Below are positions 28,362-36,350 of a DNA stretch of 64,000 nucleotides, in pieces. Under the pieces are notes generated by a model that saw only the letters and a list, made by a program, of their open reading frames with translations, made no database searches and was not told the DNA's origin. Source of the stretch: Candidatus Taylorbacteria bacterium RIFCSPLOWO2_12_FULL_43_20 (GTDB lineage Bacteria > Patescibacteriota > Minisyncoccia > Phycocordibacterales > HO2-43-120). Location: positions 31 to 64,030 of the forward strand of contig MHSK01000017.1 of NCBI GenBank assembly GCA_001821295.1, given 5' to 3'. How positions within the stretch are numbered: the stretch's first letter is position 1; the number at the start of each line of letters is the position of its first letter. The position numbers and the translations under genes were made by a program.

Positions 28362-28955
28362 TTAGTTGAAATCAGTCATCGCTTTTTCTTTTCCCTCCAT
28401 GATTATCGCGGCAACCGCCTCGGCGGATTTTTTTGCCTGTTTTTCCAAAAGTTTCAAATCATCGGCTTTAAGCTGTTTGAGAATATAGTTGTTTATTTTA
28501 TCTTCGCCATGCGGTTTTTTTGCCCTCCCCTTCTTGTCAGCTGGCGAGATGCCGACCCTTATTCTCATAAACTTTTCGGTGCCGAGTGCCCTCATGACGC
28601 TCTCTACGCCTTTGTGACCACCCGAGCTTTTATTGTAAGATACTTTGATCTTATCAAGGGATAAATCCAAATCATCGTGAATAATGACGGTTCTCTCCAG
28701 CTCTCCCGCGCTTGAAATTACTCCCTTCATGCTATTGCCGGATTTGTTCATGAAAGTTTCTGGCATAACGACAAGGACATCTTTGCCCTTAGCCAGCGAC
28801 CCTTTGGATATAAGCGCGTTCATTCTCTTATCGTATGCAAATGCGGCGAAATTATTTTTTTTTCTGAAAATTTCAGCGACTATCCTTCCCGCGTTATGTC
28901 TGGTTTTTTCATATTCAGGTCCTGGGTTTCCCAGCCCAACGATTATGTATTTCAT
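28362..28955 (-). CDS. pth: peptidyl-tRNA hydrolase
   Basis: MKYIIVGLGNPGPEYEKTRHNAGRIVAEIF is the Pth N-terminal signature. The track ORF extends to 28979, but the consensus start is the MKYIIVGLGNPG Met. Confidence 0.85.
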   Translation of the reverse strand: MKYIIVGLGNPGPEYEKTRHNAGRIVAEIFRKKNNFAAFAYDKRMNALISKGSLAKGKDVLVVMPETFMNKSGNSMKGVISSAGELERTVIIHDDLDLSLDKIKVSYNKSSGGHKGVESVMRALGTEKFMRIRVGISPADKKGRAKKPHGEDKINNYILKQLKADDLKLLEKQAKKSAEAVAAIIMEGKEKAMTDFN

Positions 28956-29139
28956 GTCAACAATATAACATAAACGCAAAAAATCAGCACAAACAAAACC
29001 ATTCTCTATCTCTGACTGCTTGTGCCGATAAGCAATCCATATTAATATTTAGTTGCGAAATTACCACACCTCTCCTAACAAGACTTGGAGCCCATCCACA
29101 ATCTAACCGCCAGATATAAAGCAAGACATGGCTTGCCTG

Positions 29140-29265
29140 CCGAAATGTCCAAAATTCTGCTGCAAATTGCATATTTCTCGTCAGCGTACCTCGGTATGCT
29201 TCCTCAAAATCCGCAATTTTCGCAAAGAATTTTGAACATTTCGGCTAGTCATTAGATCGTGGATG
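29140..29265 (+). repeat. conserved ~140-bp intergenic leader repeat (copy 2 of 3), overlapping the lepB start
   Basis: Near-identical to 5385-5530. A partial copy at 28313-28365 follows rpsA. Confidence 0.7.
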
Positions 29266-29918
29266 GGCTCTTAAAAAATCATATGAATTTTTTTTCAGAG
29301 AATTCTTCGGCAGAAAACGAAGTTAACGCGGAAGCCGCGGCATTCAAGGAAAAACGAACCCAAAAGAAAGGCGAATCATGGGCAGATCTATTAAAATTCG
29401 CAGTTATCGCTCTCATTATAGTTGTGCCCATAAGAATGTTTATCGCCAAACCGTTTGTCGTAAGCGGCTCTTCAATGGTGCCTACTTTTGAAAACGGCGA
29501 TTATTTGATAGTTGACCAGCTTACATACAAATTTGAAGATCCTGCGCGCGGAGATGTTGTAATTTTCAGATATCCTAATGACAGAACCAAATTTTATATA
29601 AAAAGGATAATAGGATTGCCCGGAGACACGATTAAATCGGAAGATGGCAAAGTAATAATATACAACAAGCATTATCCGGACGGTTTGTTTTTGGACGAGC
29701 CGTACTTGGAAAATATATCGTTAGATAATTTTACAGTCACCTTGCGCGAAAAGTACTTCGTGATGGGCGACAACAGACCGCAAAGCTCCGATTCAAGAGA
29801 ATGGGGTCCGTTGGAAGAGAGTTATATTATAGGCAGACCGGTTTTGCGTCTGCACCCCGTGCAAAATATAAACTTTTTTCCCGGCGAATATCACTTCATA
29901 GATTCACCACAGCAATAA
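29259..29918 (+). CDS. lepB: signal peptidase I
   Basis: VVSGSSMVPTFENGDYLIVD (catalytic Ser region), K of the dyad in YIKRIIGLPGD, and GDNRPQSSDSREWGP (S26 box E). Confidence 0.85.
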   Translation: MDGLLKNHMNFFSENSSAENEVNAEAAAFKEKRTQKKGESWADLLKFAVIALIIVVPIRMFIAKPFVVSGSSMVPTFENGDYLIVDQLTYKFEDPARGDVVIFRYPNDRTKFYIKRIIGLPGDTIKSEDGKVIIYNKHYPDGLFLDEPYLENISLDNFTVTLREKYFVMGDNRPQSSDSREWGPLEESYIIGRPVLRLHPVQNINFFPGEYHFIDSPQQ

Positions 29919-29920
29919 GC

Positions 29921-31150
29921 ATGGAAATCAAGACGCCAAAAAAAGAAAAGGAATCTGCATTAAAACTTAACGCTGTTTTGGAATATAGCGCCAAAAAACC
30001 CGCAGAAATTGCTTGTTATTATGGTTTCAGCCCGATAGGTACAGTCAAGGTTGAACAAGAAGATACCCTCAAAGTTAAAGAGCTGCTGAATTTAGAAATT
30101 GATCGACAGACTCGAAAACATGTAGAAATATATCCGGAAGAAAAAATCGCTCTATTAAGGAACTATATAGAAAGAAATGGGTCAAGAATTAAGCTGGAGA
30201 TGCTGTATGAAGATGGCGACACCGGCGCTGGACGCAGGCACATGAGCAATGAAATATCTTTCCACCTTGATATTATCGGTACAACCCGAAGCATCGCAGA
30301 AGCAACAATAATAAAAACCTGTCTGCAGATATTAAATGAGGAAGGGTATGAAAATTTGCTTGTGGAGATTAATACGATTGGAGATAAAGATTCAATTGCA
30401 AGATTCACCCGCGAATTGACTGTTTTCTTCAAAAAAAATATCTCTCTTCTTTCTCCACATTGCCGAGCCAAGATGAAGACTGACCCCTTTGACGTGCTAC
30501 TGTGTGAAAATCGAAAGTGCTTAAAAATAAAAAAGGAGGAGGGTCCTGATCCCATATCCTGTCTTTCTGAAAACGCCAGAAAACATTTTTCGGAAATACT
30601 GGAATACTTTGAAGAACTGGGGGTTCCGTACAGAATCAATTCCAAGGTCGTCGCGTCAAAGAAAATCTGCACCGGAGCCGTATTTGAGATCAAAGACAGT
30701 TCTAGCGAGACCGTACTGGCGAGAGGAATACGATACAACGGCCTATCAAAGAAATTGGGGTACAAAAAAGACATTGGCGCTGTGGGAATATTCGCTTGCT
30801 TCAAAAAAACAGAAACCGGGACTCGCGGTCGCGCGAGCAAAATTTCGCCAGCGCTTATAAAGACACCCAAAATTTATTTCATACAGCTCGGAGTCGTGGC
30901 GAAGCAAAAAAGTCTGGAAATAATTGAAACATTGCGCAAGGTGAAAATCCCGGTGCTTCAAAGTATTTCTGACGACAAGCTGGCGCCACAACTTGAACAG
31001 GCGGAAAATATGCACGCGACATTCGTAATCATCATGGGTCAGAAGGAAGCCATGGAAAATTCCATTATCGTAAGGAACATGCTGACCAGATCTCAAGAAA
31101 CCATAGAAATATCGAAACTTGGAGAATACCTGAAAAAGATCAAATTTTAA
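29921..31150 (+). CDS. histidine--tRNA ligase-like protein (divergent; HisS/HisZ family)
   Basis: A motif-3-like RGIRYNGLSKKLGYKKDIGAVGIFA, and a C-terminal HisRS anticodon-binding domain (KIYFIQLGVVAKQKSLEIIETLRKVKIP...TFVIIMGQKE). Class II motifs 1 and 2 are poorly conserved. The track ORF 29801.. overlaps lepB; the start is taken as the Met at 29921. Confidence 0.5.
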   Translation: MEIKTPKKEKESALKLNAVLEYSAKKPAEIACYYGFSPIGTVKVEQEDTLKVKELLNLEIDRQTRKHVEIYPEEKIALLRNYIERNGSRIKLEMLYEDGDTGAGRRHMSNEISFHLDIIGTTRSIAEATIIKTCLQILNEEGYENLLVEINTIGDKDSIARFTRELTVFFKKNISLLSPHCRAKMKTDPFDVLLCENRKCLKIKKEEGPDPISCLSENARKHFSEILEYFEELGVPYRINSKVVASKKICTGAVFEIKDSSSETVLARGIRYNGLSKKLGYKKDIGAVGIFACFKKTETGTRGRASKISPALIKTPKIYFIQLGVVAKQKSLEIIETLRKVKIPVLQSISDDKLAPQLEQAENMHATFVIIMGQKEAMENSIIVRNMLTRSQETIEISKLGEYLKKIKF

Positions 31151-31189
31151 ACAACCTTCGTTGTCCTCCCTTCTTCTCCCCATTCGTAT

Positions 31190-31245
31190 TCATCCCCGAC
31201 GTTTCGGTTGGGGCTCCGACCGAAACGTCGGAGTCGTATATTCGT
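31190..31245. repeat. perfect palindrome family 2 (CCGACG(C/T)TTCGGTYGG-N4-CCGACCGAA(A/G)CGTCGG)
   Basis: ccccgacgtttcggttggggctccgaccgaaacgtcggag. Further copies at 56762, 58982, 61778 and 63388. Confidence 0.7.
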
Positions 31246-31354
31246 ATAATTAGTATGCATTAGTACCGTGTCCCGCCGTAGCTTCTTGGCGAAGGGGGGT
31301 ATCGGCATCGCTATAGCCCTTGTTCAGACCGCGCTCATGTGCTATATTGCAAAT

Positions 31355-31594
31355 ATGAAAAACATCCAAGTTGAAAAGAACGCAAGTGAAACAAATGTAA
31401 ATCTTTTACGCAGGTTCACAAAACGTGTTCAAGGTTCAGGCGTCTTGAGCAAAGTCCGGTCATTGAGGTACGCGACCAGAAAGCAATCGCCTTATAACGT
31501 TAAGAAAAAAGCGCTGAAGAATTTGCGGCGAAAAGAAGAAATCGCGGAACTGATAAAACAAGGAAAAATGTCTGAGAAACCTGGCAGGAGATAA
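31355..31594 (+). CDS. rpsU: 30S ribosomal protein S21
   Basis: MKNIQVEKNASETNVNLLRRFTKRVQGSGVLSKVRSLRYATRK matches the S21 pattern IKV.ENE...ALRRFKR...G+L.EVR.R.FYEKP. The track ORF 31268.. begins inside a repeat. Confidence 0.6.
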   Translation: MKNIQVEKNASETNVNLLRRFTKRVQGSGVLSKVRSLRYATRKQSPYNVKKKALKNLRRKEEIAELIKQGKMSEKPGRR

Positions 31595-31649
31595 AAATCT
31601 TCTAGTTTAACACTAGGCCTAATTGTCATGCACTTTGGTTTGTAAAGTA

Positions 31650-31795
31650 CATAGGACTTATCCGTTTGATGCCGTTTGGCGCCTGCCAAACCATGGATTC
31701 CCGCTTTCCCTCCTTCGCTCTAAGAAGAGCTACGGGAGGGCGTAGCGCGGGAATGACAGATGGAGAATAGTTTAAATAAACGGTATTACGTAAGT
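31650..31795. mobile_element. MITE-like element (GGACTTATCCG...TACGTAAGTCC ends with CCTTCGCTCTAAGAAGAGCTAC core)
   Basis: ataggacttatccgtttgatgccg...ggattcccgctttccctccttcgctctaagaagagctacgggagggcgtagcgcgggaatgacag...attacgtaagtcctgg. Confidence 0.55.
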
Positions 31796-31805
31796 CCTGG
31801 AACAA

Positions 31806-32198
31806 ATGTCTCCATTTTCTGATAATTTTCAAGTGACAAATACAACAAAAGGCAAGCTGCCACGCTTGCCTTTCTTACAAATGAAAAACGCCGTGCTGGG
31901 AAAAAAATATTCATTGAGTTTAGTTTTCACCGACAACAAACTTTCGCGAAAGTTAAATCTAAAATTCAGAAACAAAAATAAGCCGGCGAATATCTTGAGT
32001 TTCGCCCTTGAAAAGAATCTCGGCGAAATTTTTCTTGACTTGACTCAAGTTAGATGCGAAGCGCCTGAATTTGAAAGATCATATACAAATTTCGCCGCGT
32101 TTCTCTTTATCCACGGTCTCATGCATTTGAAAGGTTTCGTGCATAGTAGTAAAATGGAAGATGAAGAAAAGAAAATCCGTTCAAAATTTGGAGTCTGA
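31806..32198 (+). CDS. ybeY: endoribonuclease YbeY (rRNA maturation factor)
   Basis: LVFTDNKLSRKLNLKFRNKNKPANILSFAL and the zinc-binding FLFIHGLMHLKGFVH (HGxLHLxGYDH-type). Confidence 0.75.
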   Translation: MSPFSDNFQVTNTTKGKLPRLPFLQMKNAVLGKKYSLSLVFTDNKLSRKLNLKFRNKNKPANILSFALEKNLGEIFLDLTQVRCEAPEFERSYTNFAAFLFIHGLMHLKGFVHSSKMEDEEKKIRSKFGV

Positions 32199-32277
32199 AC
32201 TATTTTGTTAAACTCATTACTTATCGGTTTGCGTTTTTATCTCTCAAGGAGCATCTTAAAATTTAAATGTACACACA

Positions 32278-33462
32278 ATGTCTAAAAGCGTCTCGGTAGG
32301 AATAGATGTAGGCACGCATGAGGTTAAAGTGGCCGTAGCCGAATCAACCGAAACAAAGGACAAAATTTTGCCCAAGATATTGGGGGTGGGTGTTGCTGAA
32401 GCAAAAGGTATCCGAAGAGGATATATTGTCAACTCAGATGATGTGACACGAAGTATCGCGCAAGCGGTAAGAAAATGCGAGAAGAGTTCAGGTGTAAAAA
32501 TAAAGAGGGCTTACTTATCTGTAGGCGGCATTGGCCTGCAGAGCGTAATGTCCACGGGTAGCATTATTATTTCCAGAGCCGACAGCGAAATAACTGACCT
32601 AGATGTGTCAAAGGCCATAGCAAACAGCGAGAAGGATATTCCGAAACAATTATCAATCAATAAGAAGGTCATCCACACTATCCCTGTCCAATACAGAATT
32701 GACGGTAAACTTGTCTTCGGTCGTCCGCACGGAATGAAGGCCATGAAGTTGGAAGTCAAGACGCTTTTTATTATTTGCACTGAACAACATATAAACGATC
32801 TCATCCAATGCGTTGAAGAGCTGGGCATTGAAGTGGAGGATGTTATAGCTTCACCTATAGCTGCCAGTCTTGTGGCGCTTAATAAACTTCAAAAAGTGGC
32901 GGGGTGCGTATTGGCCAATATAGGATCGGAGACGGTCTCAATAGTGGTTTTTGAAAACAATATTCCAATTTCACTTGAAGTCTTCCCGATCGGCAGCACT
33001 GACATAACGAACGATATCGCTCTTGGGTTGAAGACTTCACTGGAAGAGGCGGAGGATATCAAAAGACAGAAAATATCCGAATACCCTTATTCAAAGAAAA
33101 AAATTGATGAAATAATAGAAGCGCGGCTTTCGGATATTTTTGAATTGATTGATTCTCATTTGAAAAAAATCGGAAGAAGCCAGCTGTTGCCCGCGGGGAT
33201 CGTTCTCATCGGAGGAGGTTCACTTGAGAAAGACATGGAGGACTTTGCCAAATCTGAACTTAAGCTTCCGTCAAAAATCGGAAAGGTTGAAAACGGGGGT
33301 AACACGCCTGTAAATGATTTAAGTTTTGCCGTAGCTTACGGACTTTGTCTCGTCGGCTATACCAATACCGAGGAAAATGAGATGGGGCTTAAGCGCGGCT
33401 TGCGATTCGCGAAGACCGGCGGACGCCGCGTTATTTCATGGATAAAACAATTTTTGCCATAA
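32278..33462 (+). CDS. ftsA: cell division protein FtsA
   Basis: Actin-fold ATPase with N-terminal VSVGIDVGTHEVKVAVAE. Sits immediately upstream of ftsZ. Confidence 0.8.
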   Translation: MSKSVSVGIDVGTHEVKVAVAESTETKDKILPKILGVGVAEAKGIRRGYIVNSDDVTRSIAQAVRKCEKSSGVKIKRAYLSVGGIGLQSVMSTGSIIISRADSEITDLDVSKAIANSEKDIPKQLSINKKVIHTIPVQYRIDGKLVFGRPHGMKAMKLEVKTLFIICTEQHINDLIQCVEELGIEVEDVIASPIAASLVALNKLQKVAGCVLANIGSETVSIVVFENNIPISLEVFPIGSTDITNDIALGLKTSLEEAEDIKRQKISEYPYSKKKIDEIIEARLSDIFELIDSHLKKIGRSQLLPAGIVLIGGGSLEKDMEDFAKSELKLPSKIGKVENGGNTPVNDLSFAVAYGLCLVGYTNTEENEMGLKRGLRFAKTGGRRVISWIKQFLP

Positions 33463-33589
33463 CGCCGATTTCGCCCTATTAAATGCAGTACACTCGCCCT
33501 TTTCTTTTTCTGAGCATCTGATAACATATAGGTTAATTATTCCATAATTTATTGACAACCGGCGGAATCAAAAATGGCTTAAATAAAGG

Positions 33590-33800
33590 ACCATCGGGGC
33601 TAGCCCGGAGATATTGAACCTTTGTTTCGTCTTCGCTCGGACGTCGTGAATGATATGAATCATTCACACGCTCCTCGCTAGCCGAAATAAAGGTTCCTCG
33701 GGACGAAGTTACCGAGATATTGAACCTTTGTTTCGTCTTCGCTCGGACGTCGTGAATGATAAGAATCATTCACACGCTCCTCGCTAGCCGAAATAAACGT
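33590..33800 (+). repeat. tandem duplication (2 x ~105 bp) of palindromic repeat family 6 upstream of ftsZ
   Basis: The unit ...accgagatattgaacctttgtttcgtcttcgctcggacgtcgtgaatgatatgaatcattcacacgctcctcgctagccgaaataaaggttc occurs twice head-to-tail. An inverted third copy lies at 12425-12530. Confidence 0.75.
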
Positions 33801-33827
33801 TATTTAGTTATTACAAATATAAAAATG

Positions 33828-35030
33828 CCGACGGTTGCAAAAAAAATAATGCCAAACATATCACCAGAAGTAGAGGCTTTCGCTCGTATCAAGGTTATCG
33901 GTATTGGGGGATCAGGCAAGAATGCCGTTAATCACATGGTAAGTTCAAAGGTGAGAGGGGTGGAATTCATAGCCATCAATACAGACGCTCAGGATTTGCA
34001 CAATTCACAGGCAAAACGAAAAATCCACATAGGAAAAAATCTAACGCGAGGCCTTGGAACAGGAATGAACCCGGAGCTTGGAAAACGAGCGGCCGAAGAA
34101 ACCAAAGAAGAAATCCAAGAAGCCATCAAAGGGGCCGACATGGTATTTATCGCGGGAGGTGAAGGCGGCGGCACCGGTACCGGTGCAAGTCCGATAGTCG
34201 CGAAGGTAGCAAAAGAAATGAACATATTAACTGTAGCTGTTGTTACGAAACCTTTTTTCTTTGAAGGTCAACAGAGAATGAAATTTGCAGAGCAAGGATT
34301 GGACGAGCTTCGCAAATCCGTAGACGCTCTCATTGTGATCCCAAACGACAGAATTTTAAATATTGTGGACAAAGAAACAACAGCCAAGGCGGCATTCGCG
34401 ATGTCCGATGAAATCTTGAAACAGGCGGTAGAGGGTATCTCGGATTTGATCACTCATCCGGGCATCATAAATGTGGACTTCGCCGATGTGAGATCAATAC
34501 TGGACAATGCCGGATCAGCGCTTATGGGAATTGGCAGTGCTACCGGAGAAAAAAGAGCCGAAGAAGCGGCTAAAATGGCTATCAACTCTCCCCTTCTGGA
34601 TCTTTCAATTCATGGAGCTAAGGGAGTTCTTTTCTCTATTGCGGGCGGAGACGATCTTACCATGTTTGAGATTCAAGACGCCGCGAAAATTATTACTGAG
34701 TCCATTGATCCCAATTCCAAAGTCATATTCGGAACCGTCAGAGATGATAAATTGCGTAAGAATGAAATTAAAGTTACAGTGATTGCTTCCGGATTTCCCG
34801 ACACCATGTTCAAGAAATCATTATTTCCTCAGTCTCAAACTCAAACAGGAGCCGAAGAAAAGGAAGATAAAAAAGGGAAAATTTATAACATGATACCCGG
34901 CAACAGCGTGAACACGGTAAATTTGAAAGACCAGAAGATTGATGAAAAGAAGTCAGAACCGGCTGTAGACGACAGTGATGATGACTGGGGAGCAGTTCCG
35001 GCATTCTTGAGGAGGTCAAAACTTAAATAA
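33828..35030 (+). CDS. ftsZ: cell division GTPase FtsZ
   Basis: Tubulin signature GGGTGTGASPIVA, with IKVIGIGGSGKNAVNHM at the N-terminus. The track ORF 33756.. starts inside the repeat; the start is taken as MPTVAKK. Confidence 0.9.
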   Translation, partial: PTVAKKIMPNISPEVEAFARIKVIGIGGSGKNAVNHMVSSKVRGVEFIAINTDAQDLHNSQAKRKIHIGKNLTRGLGTGMNPELGKRAAEETKEEIQEAIKGADMVFIAGGEGGGTGTGASPIVAKVAKEMNILTVAVVTKPFFFEGQQRMKFAEQGLDELRKSVDALIVIPNDRILNIVDKETTAKAAFAMSDEILKQAVEGISDLITHPGIINVDFADVRSILDNAGSALMGIGSATGEKRAEEAAKMAINSPLLDLSIHGAKGVLFSIAGGDDLTMFEIQDAAKIITESIDPNSKVIFGTVRDDKLRKNEIKVTVIASGFPDTMFKKSLFPQSQTQTGAEEKEDKKGKIYNMIPGNSVNTVNLKDQKIDEKKSEPAVDDSDDDWGAVPAFLRRSKLK

Positions 35031-35100
35031 TTTTGAATTACAAGCAAATTAAAGCCCTTCAAGAACGGAAACGTTTTTAGTCTACTAATTTTTTCACTTA

Positions 35101-36024
35101 ATGATTTATGATCTCGCGATTATAGGCGGCGGCCCAGCGGCGGTAGCGGCTGGAGTATACGCATCCAGAAAAAAACTAAAAACAGTTTTTGTTACAAAAG
35201 ACTTTCAAAGCCAAAGCGCTGTATCGTCCGATATTCAAAACTGGATAGGAACTATAAGTATAACCGGCCAGGATTTTGCAAAAAATCTTGAAGGTCACCT
35301 CCGCGCCTATGCCAGCGACACCTTAGACATTATAACCGGCGAGGAAATAGTTTCCGTTGAAAGAAAAGATTTCGGGTTTACAGTTGTTTCAAAAAATAAT
35401 TCGTATGATGCTAATACATTACTCATAGCTACCGGCAGCAAGAGAAAAAAACTGAATGTACCGGGAGCGGATCTGTTTGAAAACAAAGGTATTACTTACT
35501 GCGCCTCGTGCGACGGTCCGCTTTTTGGCGGTCAGGATGTCGCAATAATAGGAGGGGGTAATTCCGGATTTGAATCGGCGGCCCAGCTATTGGCATACGC
35601 GAAAAGTGTGACATTACTATCCAGAAGCGAACTGTTAAAAGCCGATCCGGAAACAGTGGAAAAAATCGTCGCGGATCCCAAATTCATTTTAATAAAAAAC
35701 GTAAATATACGAGAGATAAAAGGGGACAAATTCGTGTCGTCACTAATATATGAGAAAAAAAATACCGGTGGAAGCCATGAAATTTTTGTATCGGGTGTTT
35801 TTGTGGAAATAGGATCAGTACCGGCAACTGAATTCGTAAAGGATTTGGTTGACATAGACGATTGGGGTCAGGTCATGGTGGACCCAAAAACGCAACGGAC
35901 TTCCCTTCCTGGTGTTTGGGCTGCCGGCGATTGCACGGACGGTCTATATCACCAGAACAACATTGCTGCGGGAGACGCCGTAAAAGCTTTGGAAGATATC
36001 TATGTAAAACTGCGCGCAAGCTGA
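35101..36024 (+). CDS. trxB: thioredoxin-disulfide reductase
   Basis: FAD motif DLAIIGGGPAA, redox-active CASCDG, NADPH motif GGGNSG. 307 aa. Confidence 0.85.
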   Translation: MIYDLAIIGGGPAAVAAGVYASRKKLKTVFVTKDFQSQSAVSSDIQNWIGTISITGQDFAKNLEGHLRAYASDTLDIITGEEIVSVERKDFGFTVVSKNNSYDANTLLIATGSKRKKLNVPGADLFENKGITYCASCDGPLFGGQDVAIIGGGNSGFESAAQLLAYAKSVTLLSRSELLKADPETVEKIVADPKFILIKNVNIREIKGDKFVSSLIYEKKNTGGSHEIFVSGVFVEIGSVPATEFVKDLVDIDDWGQVMVDPKTQRTSLPGVWAAGDCTDGLYHQNNIAAGDAVKALEDIYVKLRAS

Positions 36025-36350
36025 TAATCGTAATTCATCTTTATTTAATGCTTTCACCGCATACTTACAGTTAAGCGGTGTTTTTTTGCGCAGCCATTAA
36101 TAAGTCAATTAAAGCTAAAGAAATTATGGTGAAAAAAATGCCCATAATGTCGCGGTTTTGTTGCTGGCAAATTGTGAAATACATTGCGGCGCATGGATAT
36201 TTTCAAACCATATATTGATGTAAGTTTTATTGTGGAAAAGTGTCTATAGCAACGGAGGCGCAATAAACAGTAGGTCGAATGCGTTTGAACATTCATACCA
36301 TAAAAATAATTGTGGGTAGCAAATTATAAAGTATATAAAAATTAATTATC

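Noticed and set aside
28350-28664. Plus-strand ORF 28350..28664 (MDGLLVEISHRFFF...).
   Set aside because: It is antisense to the confidently identified pth gene. It begins inside the truncated leader repeat whose lepB-proximal copy supplies the same MDGL start, so it is an artefact of that repeat.
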